Below are positions 1 to 12,339 of a stretch of DNA of 64,000 bases, piece after piece; the first letter of the stretch is position 1, and each line of letters opens with the position of its first letter. Below the pieces are notes generated by a model. The model made no database searches. It saw nothing but the letters and a program-made list of their open reading frames with translations, and was not told the DNA's origin. Origin of the DNA: Octopus vulgaris (lineage: Eukaryota); assembly GCA_951406725.2 (NCBI GenBank), contig OX597817.1, forward strand, positions 70,308,001 to 70,372,000, read 5' to 3'. The position numbers and the translations under genes were made by a program.

Positions 1-357
1 TTCATGAAAGTTTGATAAAATCATATCATCCCAATGTAGTAGGACTTTCTCCAGAGAATATGTGTCAGCAATACTGAGGAAGTCATCGGCATTGTCAAAT
101 GTCATCAGAGATTTGATGTAGTTGCTGCATAAGTCGAGGGCGTAGGACACTTGCAGGTGACTGGCAGTGTTGATGATTTCGGTGAGGTTGTCATAGTACA
201 GCGACATTTTACCTGTGTATATGAAGTCTATCACCTGTTGCAGTCCATCAGCAGTTACACCTTTCAAGTCCACTGTGTCCTGCTTGCTCTCAGCCATCAT
301 ACCTCGGAACATCACTCGGAAGTAGTCACTAGCAGCTGCCAGTAATGCCTTGTGAAC
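1..357 (-). CDS. Coding exon of a BTB-BACK-Kelch (Kelch-like, KLHL9/13/26-like) gene; BTB domain and start of BACK; continues beyond window start
   Basis: Minus strand reads [119 protein letters not shown], 119 codons with no stop. BTB motifs HK..LAA.SDYF..MF and IDFIYTG are present. Preceded by a polypyrimidine tract and ttcttcag acceptor (CAG at 360-358). Kelch repeats are not in the window. Confidence 0.93.
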
Positions 358-389
358 CTGAAGAATAAAAAGAAGAAAAAATAGTAAAG

Positions 390-485
390 ATGGTGGTGGT
401 AGTGGTAGTAGTAGCAGTAGTAGTGGCGATAGTGGTGGTGGTGGTGGTAGTTGTAGTAGTGGTGGTGGTAGTGGTAGTAGTAGTG

Positions 486-527
<42 letters not shown>

Positions 528-530
528 AAG
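390..530. repeat. (GGT/AGT)n trinucleotide microsatellite
   Basis: Direct inspection. Confidence 0.9.
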
Positions 531-701
531 GCATTAGGAGTAGTACTGACAGTAGCTGTGGGGTAGTGATGTGGGTGAGGGTGGCAGTGTAAGTAGTAGC
601 AATAGCAGTTAGGAAGTAGTAATAGTGGTGGTGATGCCCTTTAGTGCCACCATGTAACAACACTCTTCATTACAAGGTACTAGCCAAAGTATCACCAAAC
701 C

Positions 702-790
702 CAGTGGTTCTCAACCAGGGTCTACATGACCCTTAGGGGCCCATTATACAATTTTATGGCAAAAATTTATCTGCAATAAAATGATTATAT
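702..790 (+). mobile_element. hAT-type MITE end fragment
   Basis: Starts CAGTGGTTCTCAACC, the same TIR as the 56479-56737 element. Confidence 0.5.
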
Positions 791-1439
791 TTCAACAATC
801 TTTTTCTATTTATCTTTTACTAGTTTCGGTCAGATCCAGATAAAGATTTAAATGAAACCAAATGACAGATTAATCTGTCACCTATGAACAGGTGATAGAT
901 TAATCCATCTATTTCCATCTACACAATTTAGTTCATTATGTTTGGTTCAACCGTAGGCTATGTGTGGTAAAAAAACAAACTTCCCTTAAGTGCTGCATAT
1001 CCTAAGTCAATGGATCTGTGATATTTAAAACAATAAGTATTCCAGTAATTGGATCAACTGTGGTACCAGCTCACTGAATAAGTGGCTGAGTATTTCTTAT
1101 TCCACAGGCAGTTGTACTCTTAAGGTAATCTTCATGTACAATCAGTATGACACAGTGTGTGAGAAGGTCGGTCCTTTGAATTACAGGTACTCTTTCTGTC
1201 TACTCCTATTCAATTTTGTTGACATGAGTTGGGTCAATATCAATCCTGACCATGGGGGGAAAAAAACATTTGCCCAAAATAACATGCAAGTGGATCAAAC
1301 CAGGAATTTCAGGACATGTGAAGCAAACTTCTTAACCAACTATTTGAAAAGAGAACATTGTCTAATGTACTCCAAGATGGATTGTTTGAAAGAGAAAAAG
1401 ACACAACAAACAAAACCGCAATGGACGAAATGCTTGTAG

Positions 1440-1895
1440 TCCTTTAACATTCCAATTACTCTGTCAAATGTAATGTTTATTTACTCATAATAAATAAATG
1501 CGCCCTTTTAAAGCCTAGTCAGGCTCATGGGCCTGGTTTCCCGTTTTCTATGGCATATGTGTTCCCCAGCTGGACGGGACGCCAGTCCATCACAGCGTTA
1601 CTCATTTTTACCAGCTGAGTGAACTGGAGCAACATGAAATGAAGTGTTTTGCTCAAGAACACAACGCGTCGCCCGGTCCAGGAATCGAAACCACAATCTT
1701 ACGATCATGATGCTGACACCTTAACCACTAAGCCACCGCCGCCACTATTTACTCACATTACTGTGAATTTTCTTATATCTTTGACATTTCATTGATGTGA
1801 TTGTTTATTTTGAAAATGACATGGTAAGGCAAGTGTGAGAGGCCAGATCTGACTACTTTGAACATAAAACAGGTAGAATACTTGGGTCAGATAAG
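1440..1895 (+). mobile_element. piggyBac-like MITE remnant interrupted by a SINE
   Basis: cctttaacattccaattactctgtcaaatgtaatg...gtgtgagaggccagatctg...aacataaaacaggtagaata. Related copies at ~49070-49290 (-), 56890-56922 and 61725-61870. Confidence 0.5.
1488..1745 (-). mobile_element. tRNA-derived SINE with 10-bp TSD
   Basis: Minus strand has A/B boxes (tggcttagtggttaagg; ggtttcgattcc), a ttgagcaaaacacttc core and an (attt)n tail. TSD TATTTACTCA at 1478-1487 and 1746-1755. Confidence 0.85.
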
Positions 1896-2347
1896 GGGTA
1901 ATGAGTAAAGACTCACTTCATTTATAAAAGACCATGGGATTGCCCCTATGAAGTTACCTTCGAAGCACATGGAGCAATGTGAAATGAAGTGTCTTGCGCA
2001 AGAAGACAACACACAGCCCAGTTTGGGAATCAAACTCACTACCTTATGATTGCAAGCCCGATGATCTAACCACTCAGCCAGCCGGTATCAATGCAAAAGA
2101 GTTAATCATAGAGATGCTAGAATAGAGTAAACTTAGGATTATATCACATTACATTGGAGGGTAGGTCATGGATGGAAGATCTTCCATCATCTGCCTACAT
2201 AAACAAGAGCAGTTTAGGGTTAGAGTTCACATCTCATCTACTTTGATTATAGATCTCCCACATTAGGGTTGAACATGAGCTAAATAATGATAAGTGTTAA
2301 GAGTATGATGAACAAAAGTGGCACAGTAATAGTGGAAATGGTTTTAC

Positions 2348-2473
2348 CTCAAAGACTTTTCCTTCAGCAGATACTTTGAAATCACATAATTCACTGTTGT
2401 TGCGTAAAATATTCAGTTTCTCTATCACCATATCACCATAACCTTCAGATTTGAAACTCTCCCCTTCACTCAT
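2348..2473 (-). CDS. First coding exon of the same Kelch-like gene (whole exon 2348-2485)
   Basis: [42 protein letters not shown], the BTB N-terminus LN.LR....LCD. Acceptor ttcttccccattag|G at 2486/2485 and donor GAG|gtaaaa at 2348/2347. A phase-0 join to 1-357 gives ...GKVFE-VHKALL... Confidence 0.9.
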
Positions 2474-2749
2474 TTTCTTGGAAACCTAATGGGGAAGAAA
2501 AAAAAAATATATATAAATAAGGTGAGTTATATTTTGAGATTGATTTAAGATAATTAATGAAATTACCTGTAATAGAGATTAATTAACATATACACATAAT
2601 TATTGTGTCCACAGTCAGAAAAATATACACACTATGCAAAGATAAAATAACAAGTGTATAATGTAATTGTGGTTTGGAGAAATACATGTAACATAAATGA
2701 TGTTAGCAATGCCAACCGATGACATTAAATCATTCATATATGTTTGCGC

Positions 2750-2784
2750 ATATATATATGCATATAAATATAAATGCATACAAG

Positions 2785-2846
<62 letters not shown>

Positions 2847-2860
2847 TAAATGCATACAAG

Positions 2861-2922
<62 letters not shown>

Positions 2923-2941
2923 TATAAATATAAATGCATAC

Positions 2942-2999
<58 letters not shown>

Positions 3000-3190
3000 A
3001 TACATATATTCACATGTATACATACATACATATACATATATACATATGTATGTATATGAGTATATAGATGTGTGTGTATGTATATACACACATGTGGATA
3101 TAAGTATATATCCACACATATGCGTGCACACGCACATACACACACCAAAACACACTTCTCTTCACACAATCAGCACACACACACACACAA
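2750..3190. repeat. (TA)n/(CA)n compound microsatellite
   Basis: Direct inspection; source of the spurious YI/CV ORFs. Confidence 0.95.
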
Positions 3191-3984
3191 ATAAACACAG
3201 ATTTATTCCCCTTTAACCATTTATATTGGAGTTATACTTGTCAAGCAAGTGACTTCATTAATGACTGGGTGTTGAATGTGAACCAATTACACCACAGCAC
3301 AATTATTTTAGTGATCCTAGAATGCAATGTAAAACTCTTGTTATCACGATTCCCCATCTATTTCATGATAGTACAGTGTAAACTAAAGAATGAAAACACT
3401 TAAGTCAAAATCGTTTGAAACTCTACTATAGACTATACAAATTTAAATTAATAAGAAATTAATATAAACATATTGTTTCTCAAGAATATCTTTTTACTTA
3501 TTTCAGTCATTGGACTGCAATCATCCTGGGGCACTGCCTTCAAGGCTTTAGTTCAAAAAATCGACCTCAGTAGTTATTGTTTAGTTCCCTTGTTTTTTTT
3601 ATGCCTGAGTGCTTATTCTATTGGTCACTTCTGCAAACTGCTAAGTTACGGGGGACATAAACAACCAACACCAGTTGTCAATGCAACGGTGGAGACATCA
3701 ACCATGTCTAGAAATAAAATGAAAACTCCAAGTGGGGAAAAAATACAACGGATATTGACTATCATACAAAGATATTAGCTCTTAATTGAATATGTTAGTA
3801 ACTTTTCTTTCCAATAGTACATACAGTAAATTCTAGATAGTTATATGCAAAGATTGTGGTGGTAAAGAGTAAGGTCTGTTGTGTCATTCATGCCATATAA
3901 AACCTCGCTACACACACACTTCTTTTTCAATAAATAAAAGTGATCCCCTGAAGCACAAATTTATCTTCATTGACTGGAACTCTA

Positions 3985-4275
3985 TTGGTTATGACAACAA
4001 CGATGAGAGTTCCAGTCGATCTAATTAACGAAACAGCCCGCTCGTGTAATTAATGTGCAAGTGGCTGAGCATTTCACAAGCATGCTTACCTCCCAGATAG
4101 TTCTCAGGGAGTTAAGCATGACACAGTATGTCAAATTACAGGTACTACTCATTTTTACCAGCAGAGCAATATGAAATAAAGTGTCTTGCTGCTCAGGGAC
4201 ATAGTATGCTGCCAGGAATTGAACTCACATCCTAATGATCATGAGCAGAATACCCTAACCACAAAGTCACGTTTT
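3985..4275 (-). mobile_element. tRNA-derived SINE (same head family as 1488-1745, different tail)
   Basis: gagttcaattcc B box on the minus strand; similar copies at 13490-13865 and 46380-46780. Confidence 0.7.
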
Positions 4276-5009
4276 CACTTTGTCTTTATTATTAACTTGA
4301 ATATTGGAGCAGTTGATTGGCAGAACTGATAGAATATCGGACAAAATGCCTTGCAGTATTTAGATGCATCACTTTGAATTTCAAGTTCAAATCCTACCAA
4401 GACCAAATTTGCCCTTTAACTCTCCAGGTTGATAAAATACTAGTCAAACACTGGAGTTAATTTAATTAACAAACCCACTCCTCCAAATTTCTAGCCTTGA
4501 GCTTTCGTTAGAAACAATTATATTTGGGTGATTATGCTTGTAGTGGGTGTGGGATCTTGCTGGGCGGAGCTTACTGCAGCAACAAATCATATCCCTACCA
4601 ACTAAATAAAATTAAAAAAATGAAAGCCTACAGCAGTACAGGGAGTGTTGTTATTGCTGTTTAGTCCCAGGTCAGCCCAAATCGAGCTGATCTATGATCA
4701 AAGGCATTCCAGCTGTGACCATACCATATTTTAAATGGGTAACTAGTATTACATTATCTAATATGTCATTTTTATATTTCTAGTTTTGCAGTGGCATGCG
4801 ATTTAGTGGAAGATTTAGCTGCTATTTCTAATCGGTGAAGCAATCGCATAGTCGCTATGTAGCGGAGAACTGCATAATGTAATGAATGAGAGAGAGAGTG
4901 TTAATGTCGTTACAGTGATGACGTAGTTTTCTTTTTGAGCTGTTGGTAGGTATATCCGGATGTTTGACTGCGATTATATATACAGTAGTGATTATAGATG
5001 CAGGAGTGT

Positions 5010-5270
5010 GAACGCAAATGGCCAAGCAGTTAGGCTGTTGCACTCATGATCTAGCGATTGCCGACTTGATTCCAAGACCGGGCGGCATGTTATGTTCTTG
5101 AGCAAAACACTTCATTTTATGTTGCTCCAGCCCCCTTTCGGTCAGTGGGAAGTGTTTGGCCTGCTCACCCAACCTGCAGGGGTGGCACCATTCAATGGCT
5201 AAAACAATACAAAGTGCATTGTTACCAGCTATGTATAACAACAACTGATAATCTGGTCAGTTACACGACT
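5010..5270 (+). mobile_element. tRNA-derived SINE
   Basis: tggccaagcagttagg...gacttgattcc...ttgagcaaaacacttcattttatgttgctccag. Confidence 0.65.
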
Positions 5271-5634
5271 ACATGATATATGTATTAATAGTAGCAGTAG
5301 TGTCCATGATATAGATCGGAGCTTACAACTGCAACAAACTGATCCTATTGGTTGAGAAAAAAAGGCGGCGGGGCAGAATATATTAGAATATACTGCAAAT
5401 GTACAGTATGGCACAGAGTAGTAAACTGTTTTATTGTAGTTGTTGTTTTGTTACAGTTGTTTAGACCCACATCGGTCCTAATTGAGCAAGTCTCCAGTTG
5501 TAGACATACGCAAAGGTTCTCCGATTATAGACATATGCAAAGGTCCATTAGGGTATTGCACTCACAATTGTTAGGTCATGGTTTCAAGTCCAGGACCAGC
5601 TGGTATGTTGCATTTTTGAGTAAAACACTGCATT

Positions 5635-6126
5635 ATTTACATTCGACGGATATTTGTCTGTCCTCATCTTGTTTGCTGTTAACACAATGTTTCGGCTGAT
5701 ATACCCTCCAGCCTTCTTCAAGTGTCTTGAGGAAACTTCGAACCTGGGTTCTTATTCCTAAGGTATTTTTCGATGTTATTATTATTATTATTATTATCAT
5801 CATTATTATTATTATTGTTCAAGTCACTGCTTGGAATCAAACTTGGAATCTTGGGGTGTAGTGGTTAAGAGTGTGGGCTACTAACCCCAAGATTCCGAGT
5901 TCGATTCCAAGCAGTGACCTGAACAATAACACTAATAATAATTATAATAATAATAACATCGAAAAATACCTTAGGAATGAGAACCCAGGTTCGAAATTTC
6001 CCCAAAACACCTGAAGAAGGCTGGAGGGTATATCAGCCGAAATGTGTTAACAACAAACATGATGAGGACAAATATCCGTTGAATGTAAATAATGTACATA
6101 ATTCCTCATCTCTTAAATATAGAACT
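5635..6126 (+). mobile_element. Penelope-like non-autonomous retroelement with tRNA-like head, hammerhead-like motif and inverted 5' duplication, inserted into a SINE
   Basis: 15-bp TSD GTAAAACACTGCATT at 5620-5634 and 6127-6141. Inverted arms ~5631-5856 and 5885-6094. CTGAAGA...GAAA motif at 6006-6048. Confidence 0.7.
6006..6048 (+). ncRNA. Minimal type I hammerhead-ribozyme-like motif (damaged copy; mirror copy at 5681-5726 on minus)
   Basis: AACAC-CTGAAGA-A-GGCTG[gagggtatat]CAGCC-GAAA-(T; CATT in the mirror copy)-GTGTT; stems I and II pair. Confidence 0.6.
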
Positions 6127-7807
6127 GTAAAACACTGCATTTTGCATTGCTCTAGTCTCTTAAGCTGTAAATAAGTAACCCTCCCTTCAGAGGGAATGTT
6201 GTGACCTTGACCTCTATATGCCATGAAAACTAGGTAACTGGCCTGGTTAGTCCCATGGTTCAAGACACATACAGAAAAAATGATTACAGGCATACCATCT
6301 GTGACCACCCCATCTACGTTTTCTAGGCACAGTGTGTTTCGGCTACATTCTCAAATATATCCTTTTTTCTGTTTTTATTTTTTGAGATTGTAAGGTATGA
6401 TATGAGGAAAATGTGGCAACTATTTCTAAAACAATTTAAGTAACCACATTGCAGCATTCTCATTTGCTTAGAAGCCATCACCTCTTTTAAGATACCAAAG
6501 TATGCTTTGAGGGGAATTTTGTTGCTTCCTAATTACCTCAACAAACCATTTCCTCTTTTAAGATGGTAGAGGTGAAATTTCAGGAAGATTTATTTACTAT
6601 TTTTAACAGGTGTATCTCACCTGTTTCCATTTTAATCACCACCAGAATTTCCACAAGGGAGCCTCTGCATGGTCACTAAACCTACTAGAAATAGCAACCA
6701 AATCCACTTAAATCTAAATCTTGTTAGTGCTAGGCACATATACATCCAACAAAGGAGCAAAAGAAGAAAAGAAAAAAGACAGGATGATCATGGTTGGAAT
6801 GCTTTTAATCATAGGTCAGAGCAGTTGTGGAGCTAAAGAACAACATCAGATGTACATAAGCAGGCTTGGTCAATGGGGAGAGAGAGAAAGAAAGAACATG
6901 TTCAGTCTGCAACAATGCACCTGGAAAGATCAAGCACAAGATGTTGGATTGTGCTGTGTGGTTTTCAGCTAGGCAGGTGACATAGTATATCTGGAGCAAT
7001 AGATCTCGGGGTTATGCCTAGTTGTTCGGACAATAATGTTACACTTGGTGCCATAAATCTGCTCTATTAGAGCTGACCGGGGGCTACACAGCACTAGCAC
7101 TACCACCATCATCATCATCATCACCACCACAAACACTAACAACAGCAACAACAATATTCCACAGCTGCTACTGTTCCTAAATGCTATCCTCCTCCTAGGC
7201 CTGCACAAGTTAAGGTGGGTCTGTGCCAAGATGCACAAACAACCAGGCGGGGCAGGATATTAGCAGGTGGCTCTTTTCTTTACTTTTGCAGAGAATGAAG
7301 CAGAGTAGAGCTAAGTGTAATCGGGGAGTGGAAATTTAATGGTTCAGTAGCTTTCTTTGATGCTAGGCATGTTGTTTATCTATTTATTGTTGTTCCCTTG
7401 CAGGGGTAGGGATGAGATGAGAAGAGTGGGGGCAACAACTGAGGTGATAGAACACTAGAATGGACAGATACTTTATTGTGCATCTTATTTCAGCACCAAC
7501 ATAAGATATGAGTTCATAAGGCTATTGCATATATCTGCGTGTATGCATGAGTGATGAGACGAGGCAGATGGTGGTGGCAAGTATGGTTGGGATTACGAGT
7601 GATGATGATTATGCTGAAAAAAATAACCAAGATAGACTGATGCTTGGTTTCTTTCACTTTTCAATCTTCCAATAATAATTATTTCATTTTCCAATTTCCT
7701 ATTAATAATTACAAGTAATAAACTCTTTGAATCAATTGTCATTGCACATAACTTTCTCAAAATTTATCGTTTTACCCATTTAAGATTCTGTTTTTTCTTA
7801 GTCTACT

Positions 7808-7855
<48 letters not shown>

Positions 7856-7857
<2 letters not shown>

Positions 7858-8197
7858 CAATTGCAGCCTGGAAGGTGTTTGTAAGCCATTTAAGAAACAC
7901 ACAAAAGCCATTCGATTCACTTCAACATTTAAGTTTAATTTGTCAAAATATTTTCGTCGCTAAAATCCGCGACTTGTTCACTGACAAAAATCCGTTCTGC
8001 ATCATGGGTTTTTGTCAGTGAACAGGTCGCGGATTTTAGCGACGAAAATATTTTGACAAATTAAACTTAAATGTTGAAGTGAATCGAATGGCTTTTGTGC
8101 GTTTCTTAAATGGCTTACAAACACCTTCCACGCTGCAATTGTTTACGTTTCAGCACACGATCTCAGATCAAATCACTTGCTATGCGAGTACATCTCC

Positions 8198-8198
<1 letters not shown>
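7856..8198 (+). mobile_element. Palindromic Penelope-like element between (TA)n tracts
   Basis: 135-bp inverted arms 7856-7990 and 8009-8143 with 3 mismatches and an 18-nt spacer, then a unique 3' tail to 8198. Confidence 0.7.
8011..8060 (+). ncRNA. Hammerhead-like fold with G3-C8 core swap (mirror copy 7939-7988 on minus)
   Basis: TTTGTCA-GTGAACA-G-GTCGC[ggatttta]GCGAC-GAAA-ATATTT-TGACAAA. Confidence 0.55.
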
Positions 8199-8240
<42 letters not shown>

Positions 8241-8699
8241 ACTGATTTATAGCTTTATCTACTTCAAGCTCCACAATTAAAAGCAATTTTTTTTTCCTTT
8301 TTTTTTTTATTTTGGTAACAGCCATTACTAAGTTGGTGTCTGAAATAGAAATTAATGTGAAATTTTGATGGAAGGTTTTTAAGTTAGATCATTTGAAACT
8401 CAGACGTTTGTATTATATAGTCAGTGACAGTCTCAACCCCTTCCATACTAACTTGCTTAAAATGGCAGAGCTTAATTTAAGGAAGAATAGGGTGCCACTT
8501 CCAGCAGGTTGAGTGACTATATAAAAACTCCTTTGTTGAATACGAGTCCAGCAAACATATAGTGATCTCACCTTATATGGAAGAAAATATCATTAGACAA
8601 CTTTAAGAAAGGCAGATCAACCAATACTTTCATCTGCCAGAAAACGCTGTCTCTCTCTTGCTATCCCTCAAAAATTTTATTGAATTCTTTCAGAGAGAT

Positions 8700-9325
8700 G
8701 CTCGGTGTGAGAGACAATGCCAAGTAGGAGTTATTTCTCCGCATCAAAAAGTCATAGCTTTAGTACCATACACATGTCATTAGGATGTCACACAAAAGGA
8801 TCACAATACAGATTCTTCAAGCTCAGCCAACTTTGCAGAGGGCCTATGGGTAGACGAAGAAAGAGATGGTTTGGTAATATCCATACTCTCACCTGGTCAT
8901 GTTTGGGGATCATCCTCATCATCATTTAGCATCGGCTTTCCATGCTGGCATGGGTTAGACAGCTTGACTGGAACTGGTAAGCCAGAGAGCTGTACCAGGT
9001 TCCAGTCTGATTTTGATTGGTTTCTACAGCTGGATGTCCTTCTTAATGCCAACCACTCCAAGACTGTAGTAGATGCCTTGTACATGTCATTAATATGGGT
9101 GCTTTTATGTGTCAGCGGTACAGGTGCTTTCATAAGTCACTGGCACAGATGCTTTTACATGTCACTAGCACCAGTCACAACTATGATTTCACTTGGCTTG
9201 ATGAGTCTAGATATATATTGTCAAAAGCAGGATAACGTTAGGACCCTATGGAAGAGATACCTGAGGACACTACCCAGACAACCCACCCAGGAACAGTGGG
9301 TGGCGAAATAGATGGATGGATGAAA
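8700..9325 (+). mobile_element. Old RTE-type LINE 3' fragment interrupted by a minus-strand element at ~8905-9210
   Basis: Degenerate HVIRM..., GRRRKRWFGNIHTLTWSCLG and LWKRYLRTLPRQP; (ATGG)n tail. Confidence 0.5.
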
Positions 9326-10139
9326 GACAATTGGTGTAAAAAGTTATGTGATGTACCAGTTACTTAGAACGGATATGATAAGTAATAAGAGAAGGAGTTA
9401 GCAGTGTTTCAGTCGATATATAAATACTTATAAAAACTCCATTAGAACATGAATTAGCAATATCTAATACAGACACAAGGTTACAAGTTCTCAAGGAGTT
9501 TAGCAAATGTGTCTGTGGCAGGGAGTACTGGAAGTTGGGAGTATAAGTTAATGCAAGAAAGAAGAGCTGTGTCCTTGACTTTTGCAGGTCCTCACAAATA
9601 GTTGAGCAAAATGAAAGAAGAAACCATGACCCTGGGGTTAGCACTACAGGAAGCAGCACATCAATATACCTGGTAACCCACTTTAACATTACCATCATCA
9701 TTACCATAACCATAATCAAAGCCATGAATATCAATTACCTTGTCTAAGTTATACCACCATTATCATTAGTTCTCCTCCTCCTCATCATCATCATTTGTTA
9801 TGACTAAATCAGGGAAGGAAAGGACAACACCCATGACTTATTACAAGGCCTCCCAGACTAGTAGAAGGAAAACCCTGGTTTGAATACTTGCAATAAAGTG
9901 GACTCCACAAAAGCTAGCCGACAACTAGATCATATATAGTAAAATTCAGAATGGACAGGGATGTAACTCAATACCACAAGGCATGCAATGTGTATTTCCT
10001 GTTTTTCTTTAAAAACAGTAGGGTGAGATATGAGGGACATTATTTTATATAAATATCTTATATGCATATTAAATATACATATACATTATGAAACCTGATA
10101 TATGTGCACTTAATATATATATATACATTTTGTTAAAAG

Positions 10140-10510
10140 TACGGGCATAGCTACGTGGCTTAGAAATTCACTTCACAACCATGTAGTTTCAGGTTCAATA
10201 CCACTGTGCTACACTTTGGGCAAGTGTCTTCTATGATAGCCTTGGGCTAATCAAAGCCATGTGAATAAATTTGGTAGACAAAATAAAAACTGGGGGTGAG
10301 GAAGCCTGCTGTGCGTGTGAGTGTGTGAACATGTGCTTGTGCATGCACGTGTCTCCTTGCATTGGCATCATGCACTAACTGTAAACAAGCATCAATGTCG
10401 TACAAGCAGTGTTGTTTCTTTTCAATCTTGTATAAAAACACGGACTATGAGTAAATATTACATTGCTTGGGAACAAGGGAGGACAGGTAGAGCATCCAGA
10501 ATTTCATCTG
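10140..10510 (+). mobile_element. tRNA-derived SINE (gggcaagtgtcttc family, alternative tail)
   Basis: caggttcaatacc B box and ttgggcaagtgtcttcta; similar copy at 34960-35345. Confidence 0.65.
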
Positions 10511-11119
10511 ACCCAGCACATGCCATCAAAATGACACTGGGGTACAATTATGAAGCCGAATATACCCACCTGATAAGGGTACATCAAGCACATGCATCAC
10601 AACCATGTGCGCAACATGGTGATCTCATATCAAGATAAACAGTGCATGACCTTGAAGGTTGAGTAGCCCATCCCAATCTAAAGGTTCCTGAATAAGGTTT
10701 GTTTAAGGATATTATAATAATTATTATTATTATTATGGACTTAAACCAAATAGAACTCTCAAAACGATAAAATAAAATTATTTATAGTTATCAAAAATAA
10801 TTCTAATTTCTAGCACAAAGCCAGCAATTTTGAGTGGGGGATGCAAGTCGTTGATTACATCAACTGCAGTACATGACTGTGGAGGAATGAAAGGCAAAGT
10901 TAACCTGAGTGGGATTTGAACTCAGAATGTAATGAATTGGACGAAATACTGCTAGACATTCTGTTTGATGCACTAACAATTCTACCAGCTTATTAAAGTA
11001 ATTAATGGTAAAATAATTATATAAATTGAAAAGAAGAAAATAATTCCGTGCATTGTTGTCAGGAGAAAATAAACAAATTATAAAGTTATGGCTATGTTGT
11101 TAATAATAATAATAATATC

Positions 11120-11174
<55 letters not shown>

Positions 11175-11424
11175 TCCTTTCTACTATAGGCACAAAGCCT
11201 GAAATTTCGGGGAGGGGGGACAGTCGATCACATCGACTCTAGTATTTAACTGGTTCTTTATCTTATCGACCTCGAAGGCTGAAAAAGCAAAGTTGACCTC
11301 GGTGGGATTTGAGCCCAGAATGGAAGAAATGTCGCTAATGATTCTGCCAATTACCACAAGGGTGACACATGAGGGCTACATACAAGGACAAATTACACAA
11401 ACGGATTTAGGCTCGTGCAGAATC

Positions 11425-11477
<53 letters not shown>

Positions 11478-11479
11478 GA

Positions 11480-12060
11480 AACGCGACGTCCCAGCCGGAG
11501 GGAGGGGGACAGGTCACCAAGTGCCATTCAAGGAGCCTTTACGGATCCAGAATTACCTACCTCGTCTATCAAGGCCAAGTACCTTCTCACAATTATGCTA
11601 ATTATACATTGGATTAATAATTGCGAATAAAGTTTGCCGACACCACGGCAATATAATAATTTTAATCGACCCCCGGGGGAATATAACAACAACTCCAAAA
11701 AAGACAGGATTCGCCTATAAAATGGGTCTATTAATTATATATATTGTTTTGTTTATTTACAGCTGACGACGAAGGGCTACGAGACAGTTTACTGTTGCCG
11801 CGACAAAGAAATACACACACGCACGCATATATGTATGTATGTATGTATGTATATATATACTTATATTTATATATATTCACACACACACATACACAGATGG
11901 AGAGAGAGAGAGGGAGAGAGAAAAAGCGTCGTTGGTAGATATTTTTTTGCAAGTGGGAGAAAGCGGAAAGTGATAACGTAAAGAAAAACGTATAATAAGC
12001 GGTCTTCCTGGTGAACTGAGTCTTATATAACTACTTAAGACGTACTTCTTTCGGTTCTCG
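11480..12060 (-). promoter_or_regulatory. CpG-enriched unique segment; candidate non-coding first exon/promoter of the Kelch-like gene
   Basis: Local CpG enrichment in otherwise CpG-poor DNA; minus-strand donor GAG|GTAGGT at 11561/11560. Confidence 0.35.
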
Positions 12061-12339
12061 CTGTAGTTTAGCCCCAGGCCAGCCCTGATCGAGCGAACCT
12101 CTGATTAAAAAAAAAAGCATGACAGTTGCAACCGATACGCCTTTGTGTTTATAATGATTTTGTTATTTTCTTTCAGACATAATATCTACGACTACATTAT
12201 CCAATGCATATCTGTTTTTACTTTGATGTTCATTTTTCTTCTCCACGTTTATTTTGTTTTGTCTCTTTTCTTTTTTTAAACAATTCGAACGATATCTCGT
12301 TAGTTTTTTAAGAACTAGTATTAGTAGATATAATAGAGG

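Noticed and set aside
151-345. 64-aa plus-strand ORF
   Set aside because: Antisense shadow of the BTB exon.
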